A DNA stretch of 64,000 nt from Candidatus Latescibacterota bacterium (lineage in GTDB: Bacteria; Latescibacterota; UBA2968), in assembly GCA_965198115.1 (NCBI GenBank), contig OZ240241.1:7968001-8032000 (forward strand). Direction: 5' to 3'. Both the position numbers and the translations under genes were made by a program. Positions 1-10,643 of the stretch are shown here, piece after piece (position 1 is the first letter of the stretch; every line of letters starts with the position of its first letter). Under the pieces are notes generated by a model. It searched no databases. It worked only from the letters and a program-made list of their open reading frames with translations, and was not told the origin of the DNA.

Positions 1-3000
1 CGGCTCGCAGCTGCCGCTTACACGCGCGAGCTCGTCACGTTGCTCCCCGAAGCGGAGGCATCGCTCAACGCTGCCGCGCAGGCCTACGACCGGGAGGTCG
101 AGACGCTGACCCCCCTCTACGATCTCCTCGAAGCAGCGAAGGACCGTGATGCAATCACGGACGGCGAACGAGCGGAAGCCCGCCGTCTCATCAACCGTGC
201 TCTTGAACTCGATCGGTCGGCCATCACCCATATAGAGGGTGCGTTGACGGCCCTTGACGCAGGTGCAGCGGAAGAACCCGTTGTTCCACCGTCGTCCGGC
301 GCAGGGCATTCACGCAATGTTCTGGACATCAAGCCGTCGATGGCCTTCACCCGTGCGGTTAGCGCACTGCACTCGACGCTCCAGGCGGCCGGGGCGACCA
401 ACTGGTCGACCGCCCGGTTGATGAGCGTCCTGGGGAACGCCTTCAGCTTCGAGATGAGGAAGGGGGGCGGCAAGGTCTGGCAGGAGGCGAACACCGACTG
501 GTGGCAGTTCCTGCCCGGCCTGGATCTGGGCATTCCGGTCAGACGGATCGAGACGTGGGACCGTGATGCCCTGCGGAGTGCCAGGGAAGCCGCGTGGGAT
601 GCCGTCCGCACGAGCATCGATCGGGGCGTCCCCGCGACCGGTATGGTCCCGATGAATCCGGACCCGGGTGCGCCAAGCGACTGGGGGTCGATCGTCGGTT
701 ACGACGAATCGGATGGAACCTACGCGGTTCGGCGCCACAGGCTGGAGCTGGATGTCAGATACGACGAGATCGGTATCCCTGACGGGGGATTCTGCGTGTT
801 AGTCCACGATCCGACGAAGGCGGGGGCCGGGGAGGCGACGCATTTAAGCGCGCTGAAGAATGCGGTCAGGTTCGCCTACGGTACACGCTTCCCGGATCAG
901 GCGCATCCGTATGCGGTCGACGCACGTGGGTTCGCCGCCTTCGAGCTCTGGCGAGACGCCATCGCGTCCGGGGCACCCATTCCCAAGCAGCGCGGTCCGG
1001 GCAGCGGCGGGATCATCAGGGATTCTCGCTACAACTCCGAAGAGCTGCGCGAGCTGAGGAAATACGCCGCTGCCTATTGTCGAGAGCTCGTAGACACCTT
1101 CCCCGCGGCATCGAGGGAGCTGGGGGCCGCAGCGTCGAAGTATGACCTCGTTGTCGAGGCCGCCGATGGGCTCATGTCCATTCTCGACAGGGCGAAGGAG
1201 AGCGGAGAGTTCACTTCAGACGCCCGAGCCGAAGCCGCCAGGCTGATCGGCGAGGCGCTGAACGCGGAACGACAGGCAATTGCTCGGATCGAGAACTCGC
1301 TCGGGACGCTGGGAGTTTCGACAGAAGACATCAAGCGAACATCAGGGACCGATAAGGGAACCCAGGCACGGAGAGGTGCGATGAACGTCTCGGTGGACGT
1401 CACGCCAGACCGGCGGGGTGACTCCCTCCCCCTGTGCCTTTCTCCGCTGATGCGGGCCACGCCATCCGGAATGGACCCGGGCACGGACGGAAGGCGTGCT
1501 GGGTCACGCTTTCCAGTTCGACATGAAAGAGGGGGGCGCGTGGGTCTTGTACGATAACCTTGATTGGGGAGCCGCATTGGACTTGCTCCCCCGTATCGCC
1601 CGTTTCCAGGAGTTCGACGCCGGCAAGAAAGACACGGACGTTGACCTCCCTGCCCTGAAGCGGCAGGCGCGAGACGCCGTTCGCGTCGCCCTGGAGAGAG
1701 GCTTCCCAGCGATCGTGTGGTCACCGATGACCCCGGAGATGAAGGCGGGCCCGACGCCTCATCCGGTCATTTGGGGGCTGATCGTCGGCTACAACGAAGC
1801 CAACGAAACCTACACCATCCGTCATCCGTTTGTCCCCGAGACGTTCACCATTCGCTACGACGCTTTCGGACACACCAAGGCAAGTGATTGGTTCAACGTC
1901 AGAGTCTACGACGGTCCGAGCGCAGAAGATGAGAGAGAAACGCATCTGATCGCGCTCAAGAACGGCGTCTCCTACGCACACGGCACGCGCTACGACAACG
2001 ACGAGCGCCGTGCAAGGATGCGGGGACGTCCCCAGGGCTTCTCGGCCTACGAGGTGTGGCGAGACGCGTTCGAATCGGAAGACGTCCCTCTGAGGGCTGC
2101 GGAACACCACGCGCTGACGATCAAAGGAAGACGTTCCCTTGCCGCCGCCTATGTCTGCGAGCTCGGCGGGATATTCCCCAAGGCGGCGCAACAACTGGAA
2201 TCGGCAGCCGACCATTACGATCGTGAGCTGGCGCCGCTCGAGGCGCTTTACGACCTCCTCCACACGGCGCAACACCGCAAGTCCATCACGCCTGATGAAC
2301 GGGCCAAAGCCCAGGAGCTGATCACCAAAGCACTGAAAACCGAGCAAGAAGCCATCGCCCAGATTGAAGCCGCTCTTGGGGTCCTGGGCGTCTCCACGGA
2401 CGGGCTCAAGGGGGAATCGACAATGGGCGGCACGAAAGGCGCGGGGCAAGGCGAAAACCAGTCGGATGACAGGATGAACGTCGCAGTAGATGTCTACCCC
2501 GCACTGCCGCACGCAGGCACGACGCTTGCGTCCTGCATGACCCCGGTCATGCAGACGCTCGGATCAGGTGACTGGTCGATGGCAACAACGCAGGGCGTCA
2601 TGGGACACGCCTTCCAGTTCGCGATGAAGGAGGGTGGTGGACGCGTGATGCACGACCGCTCGGACTGGAGCGAATCGATGGGCACGCTTCCCAGGTTGGC
2701 GGAATCCCAGAAGTTCGGCGCCAACAAGAAAACCGCGCAAGCCGACCGGGCGGCAGCGGAGACAGAAGCCAGAGACGCCGTTCGCGCAAGCCTCGCCAGG
2801 GGCATACCGGCTCTGGTCTGGCAGCCGATGAGCGTGGAAATGGAGAAGAATGGCCATCACGCATACAGCTGGGGGCTCATCGTCGGATACAACGAGGCGG
2901 AGGAGACTTACACGGTCCGTCACCCGTTCGAACACGGAGCGGCGCGACCGAAGGCCGAATGGAAGGCGATGCCCGCGAGTGCGGACAGATTGACATCACA

Positions 3001-3577
3001 CACGGAACCACTGGATACCTACACGGTTCGCTACGATGTGCTCGGTCACACGGATGGCGCCCAGTGGTTCAACATCCGCGTCTTCGAAAAGCTGGGTTCC
3101 GAGGACGAACGGACGACCCACGTACGAGCCCTACGTAACGCGATCGAGTACGCCAACGGGGTTCGGTACTCGGACCAGAACTTCATCCAGAAGAATGGGA
3201 AGCCGACCTCGCCCTACGGCCTGGCAGCCTATGAGCTCTGGCAGAGCGCGTTCGAGTCGGAAGCCATTCCGCTCGAGCCTTCCCGTTTCCACTCGGAGAT
3301 TCTGACGGCGAGGCGTTTGGCTGCCGCGGCGTATATGCGTGAGCTCGTCAAGGTCCTGCCAGAAGCGGCAGGGCCCCTGGCGGCAGCTGCTTCCCACTAT
3401 GACAGCGAGATGGAATCCCTGAATCCGCTCCACGAACTCCTCACGACCGCTCGCATACGCGAGTCGATCACGGCCGGCGAACGAGCCGAGGCAGGGAAGC
3501 TGATCGGCGATGCATTTGCGGAGCAGAAAGCCGTCGCCCAGATAGAAGCAGCGCTGAAGATCCTCGATGCATCGTAG
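1..3577 (+). CDS. Giant tandem-repeat protein, 5'-partial, with >=4 copies of a ~320-aa BtrH_N/C39-like plus helical domain; apparent frameshift near 1458
   Basis: Frame 1 is open from base 1 (RLAAAAYTREL...). ORFs 40..1557 and 1496..3577 repeat the motifs G(H/N)AFxF, WG(L/S)IVGY(D/N)E, RYD, AL(K/R)N, G(F/L)xA(Y/F)ExW, AAAYxxEL and YDRE. Shifting frame at ~1458 restores HPEWTRARTEGVLGHAF. Confidence 0.75.
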
Positions 3578-3598
3578 GGACGGTTCGATAACCGTCCC
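3574..3598 (+). repeat. GTAG-type REP-like hairpin overlapping the stop codon
   Basis: GTAGGGACGGTT-CGAT-AACCGTCCC: GTAG foot and a perfect 9-bp stem. Confidence 0.6.
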
Positions 3599-3753
3599 GC
3601 TCTTCCCCACCGCAAGCTTGAGGTCGTCGTCTTGCGAACCTCGTTCTCTCTTCACGCGACCATCCTGACTCTCCTCGTTCTCACCGTCGCTGTCATTTGG
3701 TGAGAACTACTCCCACGAAGACGAAAACGGTCACGAAAGGAAAGGATCGGCCG

Positions 3754-4750
3754 ATGAACGTCACTGTAGATGTCAGCCCGTCTAATCAGGGCGAGACCCT
3801 CCCCTCCTGCCTTGCCCCGTTGATGAAGAGCGTTGGTCGTCCGGAGTGGTCCGTGGAACGGCTGAAGGGCGTCATGGGACATGCCTTTCAGTTTCAGATG
3901 ACGGAAGATGGCCAACACGTCATGCACGACAACCTCGCTGGAGCATCGCGCTCGACTTCATCCCTCAGTTCGCCAAGTTCCGCACGTTCAACGCGAACAA
4001 GAAATCGGACGTCGACCTCCCTGTTCTCAAGCGAGAGGCCAGAGACGTCGTGCGCGCCGGCCTCGAAAAGGGCCACGCGGCACTGGTCTGGCAACCGATG
4101 AGTGTCGAGATGAAGGCGGATCATCACCACGGATTCTGTTGGGGGCTGATCGTCGGATACGACGAAGCGGAAGAGACCTACACGGTCCGCCACCCGTACG
4201 TATCCGACACCTACACCGTTCGATACGACGCCATCGGCCACGCGGATCCGGCCGAGTGGTTCAATGTCAGAGTGTTCGAACAGCAGACGACTGCCGACGA
4301 GAAGACAACCTATTCGACGGCCCTCCGGAATGCGGTCGCCTTCGCGAATGGAACTCGATTCGCCCCCGACAAACGCAGCGAGGATCGTCCGATCGGCTTT
4401 TCGGCCTACGAACTGGGCGCGATGCGTTCGAGTCCGAAGATATCCCGTTGGAACCGTCCCGACATCACGCGGAGACTTTGAAGCGGAGGCGTCTGGCCGC
4501 TGCTGCCTACCTGCGTGAACTCGTCGCACTGTTCCCCGATGCGGCTGAACCTCTTGAAGCCGCCGCGACCCATTACGACCGCGAGCTGGAGTCGTTGAAC
4601 CCGCTCTACGATCTCTGCGCCGCCGCCAAGAAGAGAGAAGCGTGGACCGCGGATCGCCGTGTTGAAGCACAGAGACTGATCGGTGAGGCGTTGAAAGAAG
4701 AGCGTGAAGCGATCGAGCAGATAGAAGCCGCCCTCGAGATCCTGAACTAG
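3754..4750 (+). CDS. Stand-alone copy of the same repeated domain; two apparent frameshifts (~3937, ~4417)
   Basis: ORF pieces 3697..4101, 3846..4481 and 3908..4750 join into MNVTVDV...GHAFQF...WGLIVGYDE...AAAYLREL...IEAALEILN. AAAGGA precedes ATG 3754. Confidence 0.75.
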
Positions 4751-4792
4751 GACGCCTGAAGTACCACGCCGATCTGCAGACGCACCAACAAG

Positions 4793-4830
4793 AAGCCGCG
4801 TGAACGCATTCGCTTCACGCGGCTTTTCGT
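4793..4830 (+). terminator. Rho-independent terminator
   Basis: 12-bp stem AAGCCGCGTGAA/TTCACGCGGCTT followed by T residues, just after the repeat-domain genes. Confidence 0.7.
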
Positions 4831-4847
4831 ATCCTACCAAAGACCCT

Positions 4848-4921
4848 TGTCATTTCGACACGGTTTCACGAGACCCTTGAGAATCCGACGTGGTTAGTGT
4901 CGTGGGCCCATGGAGAAATCC
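4848..4921 (+). repeat. REP-like element, GTCATTTCGA...GAGAAATCC family, with long internal stem-loop
   Basis: TGTCATTTCGACACGGTTTC is identical to 22286-22305. Both copies end in GGAGAAATCC about 70 bp later. Confidence 0.65.
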
Positions 4922-5058
4922 CTGCGCGAAATTCACACCTACATTCCGTTTGCGTTTTACCTTACAGCCTTGTGCATTCTACTTCCGGTCCACTCACACG
5001 AAGACCAGGGCAGTTGTTGACAACCTTCTGATCAGGCCGGTCGGAACTGGAGGAAGCC

Positions 5059-6072
5059 GTGGAATACCGCGCGTTTGGACAGACAGGCATTGAGGTTTCA
5101 GCGATCGGGTTCGGGTGCTGGGAAATGGCGGGCGCGCACGGCCCGTTCGACGAGTCCGAAATGGTCGCAGCCGTACACCGGGCCCTCGATCTGGGCATCA
5201 CCTGTTTCGACACGGCCCAAGGCTATGGGAGTGGGCAATCGGAGCGATTGCTGACGAGAGCGCTGGGCGACAGACGACAGGATGTGGTCCTCGTAACGAA
5301 ATTCGGGATCGGCTACGAGCACGGTCGGGACAGCAGTCGAACGATGGTCCACGACGCAATCGACCGGAGCCTGGAGATGCTGAACACCGACTATGTCGAC
5401 GTCTATTTCATCCACTGGCCGGACCGATCCACACCGTTCGATGAAACCATGAAGGCGCTGGAAGAGATCGTAGAGCAGGGAAAGGTCCGCTTCGTTGGCC
5501 TGTCGAATTTCACGCCCCGGGAGATTGAAGAGTGCGTGAAAACAGGACGCGTGGACGTGCTGCAATACGGATGCAACCTCTTCGACCGGCGTATGGCGAA
5601 ATGGATCTTCCCCTGTGCGCAGGAGCACGGGATCGGGGTGATGACCTACGGTTCGCTGGCCTACGGCATGTTGACAGGGAGCCTCACTGAAGAAACCGTC
5701 TTCGCCGAAGGGGACTTCTGAAAGAGCGGTGGAAGCGACGCGACACTGAAGCTATTCACCCCCGAAGTTTTCAGGCGAAACGTTCAGGCCGTGGATGAGT
5801 TGAAAGAGATCGCGGCGCAGATCGGAAGGAACCTTCCCCAGATGGCGCTTAACTGGGTGCTGTCACACGACGCCGTCAGCACCGCCCTCGTTGGTGCAAA
5901 ACGACCTGTCGAAGTGGAAGACAACGTCGGGGCGCTGGGTTGGGAGCTGACGGACGACACTAGGGCCGAGATCGAGCGCGTCTTCGCCAGGTATGAAATC
6001 GACACGGCACCGAACAAATGGGTCGACAAAGAGGCCGATGTCGACCCGAACGGATGGGTTGTGCTGGATTGA
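5059..6072 (+). pseudogene. Aldo/keto reductase with in-frame TGA at 5719-5721
   Basis: Motifs IGFGCW, FDTAQGYG, TKFG, YFIHWPD, VGLSNF. ORF 5791..6072 is in the same frame. The TGA sits where GDF-R is expected (CGA>TGA). Confidence 0.8.
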
Positions 6073-6096
6073 CTGCAGGACTGGAGAACAAGTGAA

Positions 6097-7206
6097 GTGA
6101 CCGCAGAGACCAAAGGCTTTCACGTCACCCCCACGGATGTTCCCAACAAAGGCATCCTGTTCATCGACCGCCAGAAACACGGCCGATCCGGGCACGGCGG
6201 CAACTGCCTGACCGAATGCCGCAACGGCGATGTCGTCGCGTTCTACAGCAATGTATCGGGCGAGATCGAAAAAGGGCACGGCGTCGCGGGCTGGTCGGAA
6301 TATCGCCGGTCCGAGGACGGTGGTAAGACCTGGGGCGAACCGGTCGTTGTGGACTACTCGAAGACGACCTGGGACGCCGATGAGATGTACGCCGCTATCG
6401 TATTCGGTGCTGGGACCGCGCCCGATGGGACGTTGATCGCGTTTGTCAGCCGGTTCGAGAAAGACCTCTGGGTCAAGGGGTGGCCGCCGGTCTATTTGTT
6501 GAGTCACGATCACGGCCAGACGTGGAGCGAGCCGCATGCTTTAGACGTTGACGCGACAGTCGAAGACGTATCGCTCACGTTCGACGCGGTCTTCACACAC
6601 AACCGCCAGGTCTTCGCAGTCTTCATGGGTGGAACCAATGACTACTGCTACGGCCCGTATTCGCTCTACGTCTCGTCGGACAATGGAGAAACCTTCAGTC
6701 GACGGAGCATCCTGCCCTTCAACCGAGAGAACTATTACGTCACAGCCGGCGTACTCGATACAGGTGACATCATCGTCTACTCCTATCCCTACCGAAAGAC
6801 TGAACCCATCGACGAGTACAACATTCCCTACGTCACAAGCGCTGACGAAGGGCGCACGTGGTCCGAGGTCAGGACCACCCACTTCCCCCGGGCGATCCGC
6901 AATCCACAACTCTCGCGCAAGATCGGCGATCTCTACTTCTTACACGGACGCAGTGGGAGCTTGAGCCGCGACCCCCGTCATCTGATTCTCTACTCATCTC
7001 CTGACGGCATCCACTGGGATGACGGCACGATTCTACATCACAAGGAAGGCGGCGGCGGCGATGCTTATTCGGCCAACGAGGTCATAGGCAAGTACGACCC
7101 CACTGTCTCTAATCGACTCCTCATTCAGTCGAGCATCGCCTACGAGGACGGGAACAGCAACGTCAACGCGCACCACTGGTGGGTCGAGGACATCCAGGGC
7201 ACCTGA
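6097..7206 (+). CDS. Sialidase-like BNR/Asp-box beta-propeller protein
   Basis: Asp boxes SEDGGKTW, SHDHGQTW, SSDNGETF, SADEGRTW, SPDGIHW. Confidence 0.8.
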   Translation: MTAETKGFHVTPTDVPNKGILFIDRQKHGRSGHGGNCLTECRNGDVVAFYSNVSGEIEKGHGVAGWSEYRRSEDGGKTWGEPVVVDYSKTTWDADEMYAAIVFGAGTAPDGTLIAFVSRFEKDLWVKGWPPVYLLSHDHGQTWSEPHALDVDATVEDVSLTFDAVFTHNRQVFAVFMGGTNDYCYGPYSLYVSSDNGETFSRRSILPFNRENYYVTAGVLDTGDIIVYSYPYRKTEPIDEYNIPYVTSADEGRTWSEVRTTHFPRAIRNPQLSRKIGDLYFLHGRSGSLSRDPRHLILYSSPDGIHWDDGTILHHKEGGGGDAYSANEVIGKYDPTVSNRLLIQSSIAYEDGNSNVNAHHWWVEDIQGT

Positions 7207-7242
7207 CCAGAACAGAGCGGCATCGAATCATAGAGAGTTATC

Positions 7243-8124
7243 GTGACGATCTCAATCACCCAACTCACCGAACATATCGGCGCTCGCGTGGAAGGTGTCG
7301 ACCTCACCTCGCCCATCGATGACGACATTGTCGATGCAATTCGGGAGGCACTCTGCACACATTCGGTCCTCGTCTTCCGCGACCAACACATTATGGACGA
7401 TCAGCACGTGGCCTTCACCGAGCGCTTCGGTCCACTTCAGATGACCCTAGTGAGCGATCCCTACGGCGGTGGTGGACCGATCAACAGAATCTCAAACGTC
7501 GACGAGAACGGAGACATCATCCCGCCTGATGACGATCGATCGCTGTATCAGGCGGGGAACACGCTATGGCACTCCGACGGCGCGTTCAAAAGCGTGCCGT
7601 TGCGTGCGTCTTTCCTCTCGGCAAAGGTGATTCCACCCGAACGAGGCGAGACGGAATTCACGAGTCTTCGCGCAGCCTATAGCGCTCTGTCCGAAGAAAG
7701 GAAGTCAGAGGTGGAAGGGCTGATCGCCGAACACAGCATCGCCTACTCACGAGAAAAGATCGCGCCCGGCCTGATGAGCAAAGAATGGTTGAAAGAAACA
7801 CCTCCGGTCCAGCACGTCGTTATACGCAACATCCCAGAGACGGGAGAAAAAGCCCTTTTTGTCGGCTCCTATGCCACCCACATCGTTGGGTGGCCTGTCG
7901 AGAAGGGTAGGGCTTTGCTCGAAGAGCTTTTGGAGTGGTCGACGCAGCGACAGTTTGTCTATCGACACGAGTGGCAGGCGGACGATCTGGTGATCTATGA
8001 CAATCGCTCCTGTCTCCACCGGGGACGACCGTGGGACAGCGGGAACCACAAGCGTATCTTGCATCGCACCACACTGGCAGGGGATGGCCCAACAGTTGCG
8101 GAGTTCAGGTCAATAGGTGTGTAA
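7243..8124 (+). CDS. TauD/TfdA family Fe(II)/2-oxoglutarate dioxygenase; C-terminus altered by IS256
   Basis: Motifs GARVEGVDL, VLVFRDQ, WHSD, DLVIYDNRSCLHR. Confidence 0.9.
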   Translation: MTISITQLTEHIGARVEGVDLTSPIDDDIVDAIREALCTHSVLVFRDQHIMDDQHVAFTERFGPLQMTLVSDPYGGGGPINRISNVDENGDIIPPDDDRSLYQAGNTLWHSDGAFKSVPLRASFLSAKVIPPERGETEFTSLRAAYSALSEERKSEVEGLIAEHSIAYSREKIAPGLMSKEWLKETPPVQHVVIRNIPETGEKALFVGSYATHIVGWPVEKGRALLEELLEWSTQRQFVYRHEWQADDLVIYDNRSCLHRGRPWDSGNHKRILHRTTLAGDGPTVAEFRSIGV

Positions 8125-9474
8125 AAGAAATCAGGCGGCCATCTTCCCGGCTTCGACCTGCGGTCCGGTTGAGTGTTTCTGATCGTAGACTTGTTGTAGC
8201 AAGTGTGGCGCGGTGAGTTTCCTGAATCGGCTCTCTGCGACCTTGAGCGTACGCCAGATGAGAGTCGTGGCGTTCCTGACTTTCTTGAATCGCCTGGCGG
8301 CGTTTGTGCGAAGCCGAACGGAAGCAAAGGGGCTCTCGACGACGTTCGTGGTTCTCAGGTGTTTCCAGTGTTCCTTCGGGAAGTCGTAGAACGTGACCAT
8401 CCGATCCCAGTCTCTTTCGAGCGTCTCCACGGCGGCAGGGAACTGTGAGCGATACCGTGCGGCAAAGCGTTTCCGGAGCTTCTCGGCCTCCTTTTTCGTG
8501 CCGGCATAGGGGATCTGGACGAGCAGTGCGCGGGCTTCAGCCTGTGCACGCTTGGCGACCTTGTCGAGCACGTTGAGGATCTTGTGGTTCCAGCACCGTT
8601 GTTGCCGGCTCTCTGGCCAGACCTGATCAACGGCCGCCCAGATGCCCATATTCCCGTCCGCGGCGATCAGGACAGGATGTTCGAGCCCGCGATCCCGGAG
8701 ATCCCGGAGCACCGTGAGCCAGGATTCTGTAGACTCTCGATAACCGGGTTCTATCGCCAGGATCTCCTTGCTGCCGTCGCTCATCGCGCCGATCACGACC
8801 AGCAGACACGCCTTCTCGCGCTCGAGCCCGGCTTTGACGTAGATGCCATCAGCCCAGGCGTAGACCAGTTCGCGATTATCCAGACGCCTTTCTTTCCAGT
8901 CCTGGAAGTCGACCTCCCACTTCCCTCGAAGACGAGCGATCGAGGTCGGCGAAAGCGGCGCGCCATCACCGAGCAGCGCACGCAAAGACAACTCGAAGTC
9001 GCCCTGGGAGAGACCGTGGAGATAAAGGTCGGGAAGCAGATCTCCAATGGCCCTGGTTCTCCGGGCGAACAGGGGGAGGATGCGGCTTTCAAACCGCTCT
9101 TCCAGACCACGAACCCGGGGACGCCGGACCTTGATCGTTCCGCAGCTCGTCGAGAGACGCCGGGGCTTGCCGTAGCCGTTCCTGTAGCCCGTGGAGCTAT
9201 CGACCTCGGCTCGGCGCTCATACCACGACCGGCCCAAGAACGCGGTCGCCTCCTCCTCCAGAATGGACTGGAACCGGCCCTGGATCTCTTCACGGATCCA
9301 ATCGTCAACCGTCTCCCACGTCGGCATGGACTTCAATGGGGCTCTATGCGTATGTTCCTTCACGGCGATCCTCCTTCCCAACCGGGCCTCTCACCCGGTT
9401 TTGTGTGAATCAACTATCTCACGGGAAGGGTAGGGTCGCCCTTTCTCTTTTTCCACACCTTTTGATTATAGCTC
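8101..9474 (-). mobile_element. IS256-family insertion sequence with 8-bp target duplication CAGTTGCG
   Basis: Imperfect terminal IRs GAGTTCAGGTCAATAGGTGTGTAAAA and GAGCTATAATCAAAAGGTGTGGAAAA (rc). Direct repeats at 8093-8100 and 9475-9482. Confidence 0.92.
8131..9363 (-). CDS. IS256 family (Mutator-like) transposase
   Basis: Motifs YRNGY, WADGIY, ADG, QRCWNHK, LRTTNVVES. GTG start preceded by GGAGG. Confidence 0.93.
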   Translation of the reverse strand: MKEHTHRAPLKSMPTWETVDDWIREEIQGRFQSILEEEATAFLGRSWYERRAEVDSSTGYRNGYGKPRRLSTSCGTIKVRRPRVRGLEERFESRILPLFARRTRAIGDLLPDLYLHGLSQGDFELSLRALLGDGAPLSPTSIARLRGKWEVDFQDWKERRLDNRELVYAWADGIYVKAGLEREKACLLVVIGAMSDGSKEILAIEPGYRESTESWLTVLRDLRDRGLEHPVLIAADGNMGIWAAVDQVWPESRQQRCWNHKILNVLDKVAKRAQAEARALLVQIPYAGTKKEAEKLRKRFAARYRSQFPAAVETLERDWDRMVTFYDFPKEHWKHLRTTNVVESPFASVRLRTNAARRFKKVRNATTLIWRTLKVAESRFRKLTAPHLLQQVYDQKHSTGPQVEAGKMAA

Positions 9475-9574
9475 CAGTTGCGTGATGTCATCTTACACCA
9501 AACTCTTGACAGGATCCTAATCGGGTTCTGTCTCTCTCAGTCCAGCTATCAAGTCACCATCACAGGAGGAAAGT

Positions 9575-10639
9575 ATGAGGAGCGTGCTTTATGCAGTGGC
9601 AGTCGTCCTCACGACACTATCGTTGGCTAGCTCCGGACCCGTCCTCGCGGAATGCGGTCCTGAAAGCTGGAAGGACTGCGCGGGCAAGCCGTGGGTCGAT
9701 GGCGATCAGATGGACACCCCGCTAGGCAGCGAGTGGTGGCCGAATTCACTCTGGGGCGCCGGCGACGAAGCAGGCTCGACAAACTGGTACACCAAACCGG
9801 AAGTTGTGATGCGAGCCCTGGCCCAGGTGAAATCAGGGAAGGTCTACGGCCTCGCTCACCCCTACACCGCGAACATGCCCATGTTCGGCGAGCGTAAATT
9901 CGTGCTCCGCATCCCCGGCACACCCTCAGGTGGTCCTTTCGGTGCCAACAAGCTCGTCTATCACGACGATTTCCTGGCAACGGAAATCAGCCAGGTGGGT
10001 ACGCAGTTCGACGGGCTCGGGCATATCGGTGTGCAGATCGGTGCCGACGGTGACCGGGGCAACATGCGCTGGTACAACGGCTTCACGAACAACGAAGTCG
10101 GATCCGCCTATGGCATGATGAAGCTGGGTGCCGAAAAGCTGCATCCCATCGTCGCCCGCGGCATCCTGATCGATCTGGCCGCCGTACTCGGTGATATGGG
10201 GGTGGGTCAGATTGCCACCGTGGCGGATGTGAAGGAAGCGCTTAAACGCCAGGGCATGGAGAACTTCGAGTTCAAAGAAGGTGACGGCATCTTCTTCCGC
10301 TACGGCTGGGAACGGAACTGGGGCGATCCTGACGCCTACAACGAAGGCTGTCCCGGAATATCTATGGGTGTCGCACGCTGGGTGGCCGAAGAGGTGAAAG
10401 CAGGTGTCACGGGCGGCGACACCTGGCCGGGTACGGATCCGGTGCCGTATACGGGCGAGGATGCCTGTGGCTTCTGTGTGCACACGTACCTCCAGGCACG
10501 GCACGGCATCGTGAACCACGAGAACCTCGCCCTCAAACAGCTGGCCGACGCAGGCGTTTACGTCTTTGCCTACATCTTCAACCCTGTGCCCATCGTGGGT
10601 GCAACCGGATCGATCGGATCACCCATCGCCATGCACTGA
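9575..10639 (+). CDS. Secreted cyclase-family (kynurenine formamidase-like) metal hydrolase
   Basis: N-terminal signal peptide. Motifs WGAGDEAGSTN, GTQFDGLGH, RGILID, HENL, GATGS. Confidence 0.85.
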   Translation: MRSVLYAVAVVLTTLSLASSGPVLAECGPESWKDCAGKPWVDGDQMDTPLGSEWWPNSLWGAGDEAGSTNWYTKPEVVMRALAQVKSGKVYGLAHPYTANMPMFGERKFVLRIPGTPSGGPFGANKLVYHDDFLATEISQVGTQFDGLGHIGVQIGADGDRGNMRWYNGFTNNEVGSAYGMMKLGAEKLHPIVARGILIDLAAVLGDMGVGQIATVADVKEALKRQGMENFEFKEGDGIFFRYGWERNWGDPDAYNEGCPGISMGVARWVAEEVKAGVTGGDTWPGTDPVPYTGEDACGFCVHTYLQARHGIVNHENLALKQLADAGVYVFAYIFNPVPIVGATGSIGSPIAMH

Positions 10640-10643
10640 CGAA

